A stretch of DNA of 64,000 nucleotides from Octopus vulgaris (GCA_951406725.2 OX597831.1:63860001-63924000), one strand, 5' to 3'. Shown: positions 26,760-40,664, numbered from the stretch's first letter. A program made the numbers and translations. The notes: a model not told the origin generated them from the sequence alone.

Positions 26760-27170
26760 CAGGAGTGGCTGTGTGGTAAGTAGCTTGTTAACCAACCACA
26801 TGGTTCCGGGTTCAGTCCCACTGCGTGGCACCTTGGACAAGTGTCTTCTACTATAGCCTCGGGCCGACCAATGCCTTGTGAGTGGATTTGGTAGACGGAA
26901 ACTGAAAGAAGCCCGTCGTATATATGTATATATATATATACATATGTGTGTGTGTACGTGTATGTTTGTGTCTGTGTTTGTCCCCCTAGTATTGCTTGAC
27001 AACCGATGTTTATGTCCCCGTCACTTAGCGGTTCGGCAAAAGAGACCGATAGAATAAGTACTGGGCTTACAAAGAATAAGTCCCGGGGTCGATGTGCTCA
27101 ACTAAAGGCGGTGCTCCAGCATGGCCGCAGTCAAATGACTGAAACAAGTAAAAGAGCAAAGAGTAAAGAG
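26760..27170 (+). mobile_element. SINE family C
   Basis: Family homology. Confidence 0.9.
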
Positions 27171-27179
27171 TATACATAG

Positions 27180-27680
27180 TATACATAGGTTAAAAAAGGT
27201 TGGGAAAATGATAGTGATGAAGTTCAGGTACAGGATGATCTCTAGAGATGATCGAAGAACCCCACCGTCCAAGATCTCCCTGAACACCAAGTGCCATCTT
27301 CGCCATCTCCAATTCGTTTTCTCCGGCTTACAGCTCTACACGTAGAGAGATACAACCCACTCTTGCCATTTCTGCAACTTTCACTCACTTTTCAATAATC
27401 TCACTCGAGGACAGTACTTCCCTCTTCGCCCTCAACTTCCTTTTCAAGTGAAACTTGAAAAAGTCGATGAGGCCTCTACCAAAGAGGAATGTATCTGTCC
27501 TCATGCCTTTCAATCTCGTCCACCAGGCAACCTCTTTCGCCACTACCACAAGGCAAAATAAAACTGCTTTGCTTGTCCAATTAAAGGAATTCAGCGAGGC
27601 AACCATCACTATGGACACGGCCGATAGAGGTATCCGTCCCACGACCGGGCAAATTTTTCAAGTAGCGTGCAGAACCTAGC
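27180..27680 (-). mobile_element. Tx1/L1-like LINE ORF2 C-terminus and 3' UTR relic
   Basis: LVVVAKEVAWWTRLKG...FFKFHLKRKLRAKRE resembles the AKxxxWxxR C-terminal segment of Tx1-type ORF2. Confidence 0.6.
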
Positions 27681-28394
27681 ATGGGGTGGGGAGTAAACAT
27701 TCATGGCAAAGAAAGGTGTGCGAAAGGCATGAAGAGAAAAAAATGTTGCTGCTCTCTTTACTAGTTTTAGTAGATCGAGCGACCAGGAAGAAACTCGGTA
27801 TATATATATCAGTAATTTACTGAGGGCCTATTCGATACGTGATTTCTTTCGTATAGTTTGTAATATTAGGACAGCATAAAGAATCCCTGTCAGAGATGTA
27901 TCCAAACATTTTAGGTTTTGGATAACGGCTTCCAGTAGAATTACTAAAGGGATATTGAAAAAGTACCCGGTAACGATTTGTCCTAATACGGTCGAGGAGG
28001 GGAACAGGAATGGGTTAATCAAGAAAACCTGACAAATGCATGATTTCCTTACATCCAAGGACAAGTGCTCGCCCAGGTGTGTTCTCTTCAGTCTACACCT
28101 GTATTTTCACACAGCCTTTTCCATAAATTCAATGAATGGCAGTACTTGGCCTTTTGGCTCTCACTCTTGTTCAAGTGAAACACTGACCGCGTTAGAAAGT
28201 TATAGCTTCAATCTTGTTAATAGTGCCTACTATGCAATCACTTACGCCACAGTCGGCTGACAGAGGAAAACTCTCCATCCCGTTTAAAAGAAAGACAAGG
28301 GAGAAGAAATCCCATGATAGAATCGGTTGATGGGGACATCAGCTGTTACGTACTACTCTATAGCCATGTATCCATGTTAGTAGTTGCTTTCAAG

Positions 28395-28591
28395 TTCTGG
28401 CAGCACGAGGCCAGCAAGTTCTGGAAAGGGATAAGTCGATTAGATTGACCCCAGTGCTCAACTGGTACTTATTTTATCGATTCCAAAAGGATGATAGGCA
28501 AAGTCGACCTCTGCGGAATTTGACCTCAGGACGTAAAGACAGATGAAATGCCGCTAAGCGTGGGCAAAAGATTCTGCTTGATCGCCGCCTT
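28395..28591 (-). mobile_element. Older SINE A-related copy
   Basis: Family homology, diverged. Confidence 0.75.
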
Positions 28592-28717
28592 ATCTATGCT
28601 GGTGATTAATATCATTTTCGTTGGCAGAAGTGTGCTGGATTGTGGCATTTACGATTTTAAGCATCCATGAAATCTTAGTGCAAATCGTATCGGAATCTAT
28701 GCAAAATATATTCAAAT

Positions 28718-28889
28718 AGGCAGAGGAGTGGCTGTGTGGTAAGTAGCTTGCTTATGAACCACATGGTTCCGGGTTCAGTCCCACTGTGTGGCACCTTGGT
28801 CAATTTTTTTCTACTATAGCCTCGGGCTGACCAAAGCCTTGTGAGTGGATTTGGTAGACGGAAACTGGAAGAAACATATCGTAAATAAG

Positions 28890-28952
<63 letters not shown>

Positions 28953-29175
28953 GTTTGTGTGATTGTGTGTTTGTATTTGTCACCCCAACCCCACATGACA
29001 ACCGATACTGGTTTGTGTACGTCCCCGTAACTTAGCGGTTCGGCAAAAGAGATCGATAGAACAAGTACTAGGCTTACAAAGAATAAGTCCTGGGGTAGAT
29101 TTGCTCGACTATAAAGGCGGTGCTCCAGCATGGCCGCAGTCAAATGACTGAAACAAGTAAAAGAGTAAAAGAGTA
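28718..29175 (+). mobile_element. SINE family C
   Basis: Family homology; internal (TA)(TG) tract. Confidence 0.9.
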
Positions 29176-29560
29176 AATAGCGCAAGGAGTCGCTTCAAAT
29201 AAATTTTACTCTTGCAAAAGTTCGGTTTGTAGCTAATAAGACATACTTTATGGATCTAGCCAGAAGAATTTGCTGCGCAGGAAGACAGTCAGTGAACAAG
29301 TATAAGTCCAAAATATTTTATGGATTTTGGCAAGATAATTGAGTGAAGGAATGGAATACATTGGAATATGTAAATTAGACACTATTTACACTCACTTCAG
29401 ATCACATGACAATAGATTTTACATTTTGTACTACGTTGCTAATTACATTGCTATATCACGCAGACATAGCCATGTGGTTAAAGAGTTTGTTCCTCAACCA
29501 TGAGGTTGCGAATCGATGCCTCTACATGGCACATGGGCAACTATCGTGTGTGCGTGTGTG

Positions 29561-29624
<64 letters not shown>

Positions 29625-30044
29625 TGTGTGTCTTTTTGTGTGTTATCTCACTGTCTAAATATCATGAGACAATATGGGAAAATGATAAACGAAGAAGACG
29701 ATTATGTATGAACACCTCTCATCAATCACGGATAGGGACCAGAATCAGCGTATTTTCGGTACTTTATCTCACGCGACTAATTCTCTGAATGCTCGAGTAA
29801 TGGTAAAACATTACAGGGATGCGAACCATTACAAAGGAAAAAGGAATCTTAACACGGAGAGCGCCGACATTGGAGGAAGACAGGAAATTAACGGCAAAAA
29901 TACAGGTTATACAGTTCAACAGAAATACGAGAGTATTTGTCTTACCGCTCAACAGAGAAAAAAAACAAACAGAAAGAAAGCTAGCGTGAATGAAGGAACA
30001 GAGGTATTTGTTGTAGTAGAAATTGGTTGGGAGAAAAAAGTGAG

Positions 30045-30729
<685 letters not shown>

Positions 30730-31182
30730 TGCAATGAAGACTGAGTGAGATCCAATGTGAGCATGTAGCGAGAGAGGAAGAGTGAGAGGATGGAAAAGAA
30801 AGAGGTAGCGAGGCGAATAAGAAGATAGGAATATGATCTAACTTTAATGAGCGCAGCGTCTTCATAAGATAAGCTGAACAAAGTTCAGTGTGAGAAAGGT
30901 CGAGTGAAAAAGCAGTAAAATTGAATTTAAACCAGTAGTAGTAGTAGTAGTAGTAGTAGTATAGTAGCATGGTCCACGAAAGAAATTTGAAAGAATGAGA
31001 AGAGATGAGAGAGGAATAGAAAATGATAAAATGAGGAGGAAATGAGTTAGGGACAAGTGAAAGCAAATAACAAAAGCAGAGCGAAAGACAGTGAGAGTGA
31101 GGAAGGAAGAAACAGCTGGGCGAAAAGATATACTAATCACCGTGAAAGAGCAAGAGCATTTATAGGTGGGCAGTGACAAACG

Positions 31183-31488
31183 GTGTGGAGGCACATGGCC
31201 TAGTGGTTAGAGCAGCGGACTCGCGGTCGAGGGATCGCGGGTTCGAATCTCAGACCGGGCGATGTACGTGTTTATGAGCGAAACACCTAAGCTCCACGCG
31301 GCTCCGGCAGAAGGTAATGGCGAAACTTCTGCTGACTCTTTCGCCACAACTTTCTCTCACTCTTTCCTCCTGCATCTCGCAGCTCACCTGTGACGGACCG
31401 GCGTCCCGTCCAGGTGGGGAATCTATACGCCAAGGAAACCGGAAAACCGGCCCTTATGAGCCAAGCGTGGCTCGAGAAGGAAAAACAA
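31183..31488 (+). mobile_element. SINE family D, full length
   Basis: tRNA-like head; TSD cagtga(c/t)aaacg. Confidence 0.9.
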
Positions 31489-31738
31489 CAGTGATAAACG
31501 AAACTGCGCTAGAAATGAATACCGTCAAAACAGTGAGACTGCATGGAAGACGCTTAACAGAAAAAGACGTTTAATTAAACATAGAACACCGCTCGTCAGC
31601 CATGGGAACCTGGATCAGCATAGTTTCGGGGCGTTTAAATCCTGAAACTTCATTCCGCACTCGAATGGATACACCAGTGATGGTAACGTATTACATATGC
31701 ATATACACTTAGAGCCACATACACAGACACAAACTATA

Positions 31739-31797
<59 letters not shown>

Positions 31798-31830
31798 GGG
31801 ACAAAGTGTACGGACGCCACTATATATATA

Positions 31831-32118
31831 TATATATACCAATTAAGGACTGAACACGAAAAGGGGACAGTCAACATGCTAGATATAGACGTCAAATCGC
31901 CATTCTCCACAAAGATTTTGTTCTCAAATAAAATAAAATTGTGCTGAATTTTATTTTGTGGAGAATGGCGATTTGACGTCTACATCTAGCATGTTGACTG
32001 TCCACTTTTGTGTTCAGTCCTTAATTGGTATATATAAATATTTTAATCTTCGGCTTCTTTTTAATGTGCTAGACCACTGGTTTTAATTGACTAATATCAA
32101 TTTTTACCCTTAATTTTT

Positions 32119-32125
<7 letters not shown>
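31831..32125. mobile_element. Fold-back module in (TA)n, probably an inverted Penelope pLTR fragment
   Basis: Inverted arms 31831-31913 / 31955-32036; ends cccttaatttttaaat(ta)n like the 47736-48745 element. Confidence 0.55.
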
Positions 32126-32180
<55 letters not shown>

Positions 32181-32534
32181 CACATATAAAGTGTGTGAAC
32201 AGTTACATGTACGACTACTACAGTGAGTTAGAGCTCCCTATAAATTAACATTATCCAATCAACTTCCCCTATAGTGGTTCGATGACCCCTGTAGTTGACT
32301 TGTTATATTAGATCGTGACAGAATGTAATAAAGTGTTACCCTGATGACCCATTGCACTCGGAACATACAGTGCTGCGTTCGAAATAACTACAATAGTGAG
32401 ATGAAGGGAGGAATTAAATATTTTTAGTCATCTTGGAACTACAGCGAACGACCCAGCAAAAAGAGCAGCCAAATGCATCTCACATTTCATCATATCAGCT
32501 TGATAATGTGAAGCCCATATTTAATACATCGATA

Positions 32535-32685
32535 TTACGTTCTGAGTTCAAATTCCACCGAGGTCAGCTTGGCCATTCATTCTTTCAAGGTCGATAAATA
32601 AAGTACCAGTTGCATACTGGGGTCGACCTAATCGACTGGCCCCACCCCGCAAAATTTCGGGCCTTGTGCCTAGAGTAGAAAAGAT
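32535..32685 (+). mobile_element. 5'-truncated older SINE A-related copy
   Basis: ttacgttctgagttcaaattcc...ggccttgtgcctagagtagaaaag. Confidence 0.75.
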
Positions 32686-32859
32686 ATTGTAGCTCCAAAT
32701 GCTTCTAAAATAGTACAATGGTTGATGTTTGGCCTTCAGCTGAACAAAGATGACAATATGATTATTATTGTTGTTGATATTGTTAAGGTTATTGTGATCT
32801 TAGCGTTGTTGTTGTTGCCGTTGTGTGGTGAGGTTCAATGTGGTGATTAACGGCGGTTA

Positions 32860-32986
32860 CGGTGGTGCTGGGGATTAAGACGGATGATATTGGAAGTGGC
32901 AACGGTGGTGGTGGTGGTGGTGGAGGTGGTGTTTTTGGTGTTGGTGGTGGTAGTAACGATGGTAATGGTGGTGATGGCGGTGATTA

Positions 32987-33035
<49 letters not shown>

Positions 33036-33370
33036 TTAAGGTGAGTTGATGGTTGAAGATAATGTGGTGGAGATGACAGCGTTAATGGTGACAGTAGAAA
33101 TGTGGGGGTGGATAGTGGTCGTCGTAGTAGTGGTGATGGTTGTGGTGGTGGTGGTGGTGGTGGTGGTGGTGGTGGTGGTGGTGGTGGTGGTGAGAGTGGT
33201 GTTGTTGGACGCAATGTTGTTAACGCAGGAGGTTGTGCTGGCAGTGTTGATGTATTGTGGTATTATTGCATGTGATGTTGGTAATGGTGGTGGTGGTGGT
33301 CGTCGTGGTGCTCGTGGTGGTTGCGTTAGTAATTGAGATAATGGCGATCGTTGTGTTGGTGGTGATGGAG
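32860..33370. repeat. (GGT)n/(TAG)n low-complexity field
   Basis: Direct inspection. Confidence 0.85.
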
Positions 33371-34172
33371 AGGCTGTTGTAGCTATTAATGCTGTTGCTT
33401 TTGTTGCAATTATGCTACGACTAAATATAACACTGAAGATGGTTGCTACTGAGACGAAGAAGAGTTTTTGTGTGTGTTTTATGGGTTTTTTTTTTCTCTA
33501 GTTAAAAGAAATATTTAATGACGATTGACAGAGAAAACTGTTATTGAAAGCTCAATGAATGAAATTTTTCGTTTTTAACCACTGTGCTTTACTAGTCCCC
33601 TTTTCAATTAGCAGATTAGATTTATACCGCTAAAATCCATCCGACGCCTGATAGCGGACTTAAACCAATGAAACTTAATCAGATTTAAAATCTCTCCATC
33701 TCTCTAATCCTCACTCATCACGATGAATTGATAAAATCTGAAAATACTTCTGCCTTTGTTCGATTCTTAAATTTTCATTAGACTGATGAATTTTCGTTTG
33801 CTTCAGTCCTGAAGATTTATGATATCTGTAAATAGCTCTTTTTACAGAGCTCGTGGTCTTTGTATTTTAACATCCCAAACATTGATTAACTTCCCTACAT
33901 CACTTCTCTTTATCCTCTTTCCTCTTCATCCATCTTAGTTAGCTAGATAATTATGTTAATAGATTTATCTAAATATTTAACAACCCTATGAGTTACGGAG
34001 ATGTACTTGCATAGCGAGTGACATGATCTGAGATCGTGTGCTGGAACGAAAACAATTGCAGCGTGGAAGGTGTTTATAAGCCATTTAAGAAACACACAAA
34101 ACCGTTAGATTCACTTCAACATTTAAAGTTAATTTGTCAAAATATTTTCGTCGCTTTGAGACCGCGACCTGT

Positions 34173-34246
34173 TACATACATACATACATACATACATATA
34201 TACATACATACACACAGACACATACATACATACATACATACATACA

Positions 34247-34278
<32 letters not shown>

Positions 34279-34411
34279 CATACATACATACATACATACA
34301 TACATACATACATACATACATACATACATACACACACACATATACATGCATACATACATACATACATACATACATACATACATACATACATACATACATA
34401 CATACATACAT
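34173..34411. repeat. (TACA)n microsatellite
   Basis: Direct inspection. Confidence 0.95.
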
Positions 34412-34492
34412 GTCTCGGAAAATCAGAATGCTAAAATTTCCCTTGTATTAGCCACACAAAATCTAAACTGATCTATTCTCATTATTTTACTG

Positions 34493-34719
34493 CGAGCTGG
34501 CAGAAACGTTAGCACGCCGGGCGAAATGAGTAGCCGTATTTCTTCTGGCAATTACGTTCTGAGTTCAAATTCCGCCGAGGTCGACTTTGCCTTTCATCCT
34601 TTCGGGGTCGATAAATTAAGTACCAGTTACGCACTGGGGTCGATGTAATCGACTTAATCCGTTTGTCTGTCCTTGTTTGTCCCTCTTGTGTTTAGCCCTT
34701 TGTGGGTAGTAAAGAAATA
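34493..34719 (+). mobile_element. SINE family A
   Basis: Family homology. Confidence 0.9.
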
Positions 34720-34934
34720 AGTATTTAACTGACGTATTCTAACATTTATCTTTTCGACCTAAGGTTCATTAAAAATTCAATATCATCCTGCATTTCAATC
34801 CATTGTCTGAACATAGAAGACGCTAATGTAAAACGAAATGGTAACAACTGAAAAGGGAATGTGGGATGTTAGTTACTATCTGGCTGTAGCTCTTGTGGCT
34901 TCAATGACAATATGAATGCATCGACGTATAGAGG

Positions 34935-35533
34935 AAACTTTTCTACTCTTGGCACAAGGCCCGAATTTCTGGGAGGGGACGGCCAGTTGATTAGATCGAC
35001 CCCCATACGCAACTGATTACTTAATCCACAGGTACTTAATTTATCGACGCCGAAAGGATGAAAGGCAAAGTCGACCTCAGCCGAATTTGAACTCAGAACG
35101 TAAAGACAGACGAAATACCTATTTCTTTATTACCCACAAGGGGCTAAACACAGAGAGGACAAACAAGGACAGACACACGAATTAAGTCGATTACATCGAC
35201 CCCAGTGCGTAACTGGTACTTATTTAATTGACCCCGAAAGGATGAAAGGCAAAGTCGACCTCGGCGGAATTTGAACTCAGAACTTAACGGCAGACGAAAT
35301 ACGGCTTTGCATTTTTCCCGGCGCGCTAACGTTTCTGCCAACTCGCCGCCTTATCAATGGGATTAAGTCGATTACATCGACCCCAGTGCGTAACTGGTAC
35401 TTAATTTATCGACCCCGAAAGGATGAAAGGCCAAGTCTACCTCGGCGGAATTTGAACTCAGAACGTAACGGCAGACGAAATACCTCTAAGCATTTCGCCC
35501 GGCGTGCTAACGTTTCTGCCATCTCGCCGCCTT
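34935..35533 (-). mobile_element. Nested SINE A cluster
   Basis: Several partial and full family A units in the same orientation. Confidence 0.85.
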
Positions 35534-35739
35534 AAACAAAACAAAACAATGACACAAACTTTCTAGGTGCAGAAAATGAAAACAAATCAATATTTCAGCG
35601 AAGCAGTAAACATTGTTACAAAACACGCTTGACAAGAAAAAAACAATAGCTGAATGTCTTTGGTGACCTGTATCAACGGAAGCCATTGTGAGTGACGAAT
35701 GACTACATACGTATTTTCGTCCTGGTTTAGTTTGAATTG

Positions 35740-36150
35740 GGATCTTTTCGGTTTGAACGGCAGTTTTTAACATAATTTCTAGGTAACTAAAAAATTTTAA
35801 ACTTCGTATACTGGTAGAATGTGTTTATAAAACATCTTTTTCTCTTGGCTTTATTGAGAAAATTCTATAGTTTGTAAGATATTTGTTGTTTTTTCTTCAA
35901 TTTCTGCAATTTCAACCAATCAATGACGTCAATTGAGGTAAAAAAAACATTCCGTACCGTATGAATATGTCCCTCGTTTAAGAAACAGATTGGGTTTATT
36001 TACATTTGTGAAGAAAAAAAGATACCCTTCCCCCCAGCCCTAACCCTAACACAGATTAAAACGCAATAGATCGATACTAGGGTCATAATTATGGGTGACA
36101 ATTTCATATGACACCGCTAGAAAAAACTGCTGTTCAAACCGAAAAGATCC
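35740..36150 (-). mobile_element. GGATC MITE copy
   Basis: Both TIRs present; reverse complement of 267-696; no clear TSD. Confidence 0.9.
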
Positions 36151-36160
36151 CAAAAATTTT

Positions 36161-36555
36161 GCTTCCCAACTACATGGTTTCGGGGTCAGTCCCACCGCGT
36201 GGCACATCGAGCAAGTGTCTTTTACTATAGCCTCGGGCCGACCAAAGCCTTGTGAATGAATTTGGCAGAGGGAAACAGAAATATGCCCGTCGTATGTGTG
36301 TGCGTGGGTGTATGTAATTGTATGTATATGTGTGTGTGTGGGTGGGTGGGTGAATGTAATTGTATGTATGTGTATGTGTTTGTGTGTGTGTGGGTGTATG
36401 TATGTGTGTGTGGGGGGAGGTGTATGTAATTGTATGTATATGTGTGTATGTGTGTCTTTGTGTCTACATTTGTTTCCCCTACCCCCTTACACACACCGCT
36501 TGAAAACTAATGTTGGTGTGATTACGTTCTTGTAATGTAGCAGTTCGACAAAATC
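36161..36555 (+). mobile_element. Diverged SINE family C
   Basis: Family homology with an expanded internal TG-rich tract. Confidence 0.7.
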
Positions 36556-36719
36556 GATGTCATCGATGTGTTAATCGATATAATAGATGTAAATGACTAT
36601 AATCCCTGTTACACCTTTGTTATCTCGTTCATTTGATGTCAAGACTTTCAGTGCAATGGGCTCGGTATGAACTGGCTGATAACACGCACACATGCATTAA
36701 GGCTGTGGTATCTATTGAG

Positions 36720-37210
36720 CGACTTTGCCTTTCATCCTTTCGGGGTCGATAAATTAAGTACCAGTTACGCACTGGGGTCGATGTAATCGACTTAATCCCT
36801 TGGTCTGTCCTTGTTTGTCCTCTCTGTGTTTAGCCCCTTGTGGGTAGTAAAGAAATAGGTATTTTGTCTGCCGCTACGTTCTGAGTTCAAATTCCGCCGA
36901 GGTCGACTTTGCCTTTCAGCCTTTCGTGGTCGATAAATTAAGTACCAGTTATGCACTGGGGTTGATATAATCGACTTAATCCGTTTGTCTGTCCTTGTTT
37001 GTCTCCTTGTGGGTAGTAAAGAAATAGGTATTTCGTTTGCCGCTACGTTATGAGTTCAAATTCCGCCGAGGTCGACCTTGCCTTTCATCCTTTTGGGGTC
37101 GATTAAATAAGTACCACATACGCACTGGGGACGAAGTAATCAACTTAATCCGTTTGTCTGTCCTTGTTTGTTCCCTCTGTGTTTAGCCCCTTTTGGGTAG
37201 TAAAGAAATA
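36720..37210 (+). mobile_element. SINE A body trimer (headless)
   Basis: Three tandem bodies joined at aaagaaata|ggtatt. Confidence 0.85.
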
Positions 37211-37633
37211 CGAAATACCTATTTCTTTATTACCCACAAGGGGCTAAACACAGAGAGGACAAACAAGGACAGACACACGGATTAAGTCGATTACATCGAC
37301 CCCAGTGCGTAACTGGTACTTATTTAATTGACCCCGAAAGGATGAAAGGCAAAGTCGACCTCGGCGGAATTTGAACTCAGAACTTAACGGCAGACGAAAT
37401 ACGGCTTTGCATTTTTCCCGGCGCGCTAACGTTTCTGCCAACTCGCCGCCTTATCAATGGGATTAAGTCGATTACATCAACCCCAGTGCGTAACTGGTAC
37501 TTAATTTATCGACGCCGAAAGGATGAAAGGCCAAGTCTACCTCGGCGGAATTTGAATTCACAACGTAACGGCAGACGAAATAACGCTAAGCATTTCGCCC
37601 AGCGTGCTAACGTTTCTGCCAGCTCGCCGCCTT
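37211..37633 (-). mobile_element. Nested SINE A pair, near-identical to 35111-35533
   Basis: Shares private variants and the ttatcaatgggattaag junction with 35111-35533. Confidence 0.85.
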
Positions 37634-37893
37634 GACGTATAGATGAAACTGTCCTATGACATTGCATAGATTTAATGGAAAAACAAGTAATCGCGATAGT
37701 AGACTTCAGCTCCGTCTGATAGTTGGGGATGCATGATGGCCGTCTTCTATTCATATATTTTCTATGACGTTAGAGAGTTGCCTGCCCAAAGAATCAGATG
37801 GATATGATGATAAGTAGATCAGTATGCGGATGTTTAGGCTGTGTGTACAAGTGCCAAAACCTGCCAAGTCAGATATTGCGCGTTATCAAAGCG

Positions 37894-38301
37894 AGATCTT
37901 TTCGGTTTGAACAGCAGTTTTTTCTAGCGGTGTCACATGAAATTGTCACCCATAATTATGACCCTAGTATTGCATTTCAATCTGTTTTAAGGTTAGGGTT
38001 AGGGTTTAGGGGAAGGGTATCTTTTTTTCTTCAGAAATGTAAATAAACCCAATCTGTTTCTTAAACGAGGGACATATTCATACGGCACAGAATGTTTTCA
38101 CCTCAATAGACGTCATTGATTCGTTGAAATTGCAGAAATTAAAGAAAAAACCAACAAATATCTTACAAACTATAGAATTTTCTCAATAAAGCCAAGAGAA
38201 AAATATGTTTTATAAACACATTCTACCAGTATACGAAGTTTAAAACTGTTTAGTTACGTGAAAATTATTCTAAAAAACTGCCGTTCAAACCGAAAAGATC
38301 C
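37894..38301 (+). mobile_element. GGATC MITE copy
   Basis: TIRs present; 8-bp TSD tcaaagcg / tcaaagtg. Confidence 0.9.
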
Positions 38302-38344
38302 TCAAAGTGCATGTCGGCTGACTAAAGCTTAGCGCGTTTCAAGG

Positions 38345-38748
38345 TTGAGTGGCTGTGTGGTAAGTAGCTTGTTTACCAACCACATGGTTCCGGGTTCAGT
38401 CCCACTGCGTGGCACCTTGGGCAAGTGTGTTCTACTATAGCCTCGGGCCGACCAAAGCCTTGTGAGTGGATTTGGTAGACGGAAACTGAAAGAAGCCTGT
38501 CGTATATATGTACATATATATATGTATGTGTGTGTGTTTGTGTGTCTGTGTTTGTCCCCCTAGCATTGCATGACAACTGATGCTGGTGTGTTTATGTCCC
38601 CGTTACTTAGCGGTTCGGCAAAAGAGACCGATAGAATAAGTACTGGGCTTACAAAGAATAAGTCCTAGGGTCGATTTGCTCGACTAAAGACTCCAGCATG
38701 GCCGCAGTCAAATGACTGAAACAAGTAAAAGAGTAAAAGAGTAAAAGA
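38345..38748 (+). mobile_element. SINE family C
   Basis: Family homology. Confidence 0.9.
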
Positions 38749-39534
38749 ATATATATATAAAACTTAACTTGTGTGTCTCTGTGTGTATCTGTGTGTGTAT
38801 CTGTGTGTGTCTGTGTGTTTATCTTCACGGCACATTTCCTCCTAGCCAACAAATCGTAGAACTACCAAAAATGGGTCACTTAAAGTTTAGGCGAATGAAA
38901 ATCGAACTGCGCTATTTCTGTTCCGAAATTCATCTCGCAATTGCAAAAATCGATAATGTGTTTGTTTAGGCCTTATCCCATGCATTGAATAGTAAACTTT
39001 ACTCAGTCAGCTGTTTGACGTGAACTTTGTTCACCACGCGTGCAAGCATGCGTAAATTGCATGATATAATCAAGATATAAAAACGAATCGCTGTAAACAT
39101 TGTAGAAATTCGGCAAAGAAATAAATTTCGGGATGTAGCCTGGAGGGTTTTTTCGTATTAATCGTTTGGACTTTGTGAACACATACCAATTGTTTTCATA
39201 ACATTTTAACGCTTTGAATTAAATGTGACCATTTTGCGTTGAGTCTGCAGTTTGAATCACTTTAACCAAATTTTAGCAGGCCGGATTTTTGATCATCACG
39301 ATACATCGCCAGCGACTCCCTGAAACTCTCCCCTGAAATCCCCGTTGAGAAATACTGATCTAAAAGAATAATTCAACAATGCAATTATTTGATCAACAAA
39401 AATTTATGAACCGCATCTACGTACTTCCTATTGAGGAAATGGAACACATAAGCGCAAAAATAGAGGGCATTAAATGCTTGATTTTAAAACCAAACTAATT
39501 GAATTTTGATTGAACTTCATCCAAGTTTAGCTTA

Positions 39535-39576
39535 ATTCGCGCGTGCATAGAACGCACGAGCCGGGCAATACTGCTA

Positions 39577-39577
<1 letters not shown>
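39535..39577 (+). mobile_element. Helitron-like 3' terminus
   Basis: GC-rich hairpin cgtgc/gcacg about 15 nt before CTAG|T; 5' extent undetermined. Confidence 0.5.
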
Positions 39578-39645
<68 letters not shown>

Positions 39646-39663
39646 TACATACATCTCTCTCTG

Positions 39664-39707
<44 letters not shown>

Positions 39708-40046
39708 CATACATACATACATACATATACACGTATATATACATACATATATACATACATGTATACATATGTATACATATGTGTGTGAGTGTGTCTGGGT
39801 CTGTGTGTGTACACACAATGGGAGAAGGCAGACAACAGGGAGATGAGGTCAGTGGTCCAGGCAGCAGTCTGGAAATCAGATGGAAGTAAACAGAAGAGCA
39901 AGAGCTGTGGAATTGTGGAGAAAGGAGCACACTAGCACCCATCTTGTCTGGGTGCAAAAATAGTGTGTGTGTGAGAGAGAGTGTGTGTGTGTGTATGTGT
40001 GCACCTGTATCTGTGTGCGCGTGTGTGTGCGTTTGTACGCATGCAA

Positions 40047-40145
40047 GGCGACTGCCATGTCGCGTTGAATGCACCAGTTCTCGTCCGAGCAAGGTTAGTA
40101 ATTAGATGGGTGACCACTTGGGAAATCTAGGTAGTGTAAGCATTT
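40047..40145 (+). pseudogene. 5S rRNA pseudogene with internal deletion
   Basis: gccatgtcgcgttgaatgcaccagttctcgtccga...ggttagtaattagatgggtgaccacttgggaaatctaggtagtgtaagc matches the metazoan 5S pattern; the box A segment is missing. Confidence 0.75.
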
Positions 40146-40228
40146 CAAACTTTCAAGGCGATGCTCAAGCATGGGTGCAGTCAAATGACTGAAACAAGTA
40201 GAAAAACAAAAGAATATATGTGTATATA

Positions 40229-40617
40229 CTAGCTGTTGAACCCTGATTTGCTCGTGTTTTCTGTGTTGACGTTAAGCCCACTTCTGACCTTGTACTGAAA
40301 TCTTCTACGGTCCCGTGCCAACTATTACCCATTAAGATGTTATATCCGTTTGTAGAAATTTTACACGTGAAAAATGTAAAGGGTGCAGGAAAAATAACAT
40401 CTGTATGGGAATTTCCATTCACACGCCCGATTGAGCTCACAAAAATCGATGCCAACTGAGCATTATCGAGTTTTCGAAAAAAGATTTCGGCCTTATTTGA
40501 ACTTCAGGGCATGTGATTCACCTATGAGCCAAAAATCATTAAAATTGGTAGGACAGTGTGGGAGGAGTAAGAGTAACTCAAACACACACATACACAGACA
40601 CCATTACACATTTATGC

Positions 40618-40620
<3 letters not shown>
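40229..40620 (-). mobile_element. Non-autonomous Helitron-like element
   Basis: Minus strand ends ...cacgagcaaatcagggttcaacagCTAG|T; the other end is the microsatellite-bearing type common in short Helitrons. Confidence 0.45.

Positions 40621-40664
<44 letters not shown>

Noticed and set aside
32333-32400. CTGATGA...GAAA as a hammerhead
   Set aside because: No base of stem II and no stem I pairing around the core
39815-39960. Possible gag CCHC knuckle (WNCGE..H) fragment
   Set aside because: Needs frameshifts to complete; too short to support
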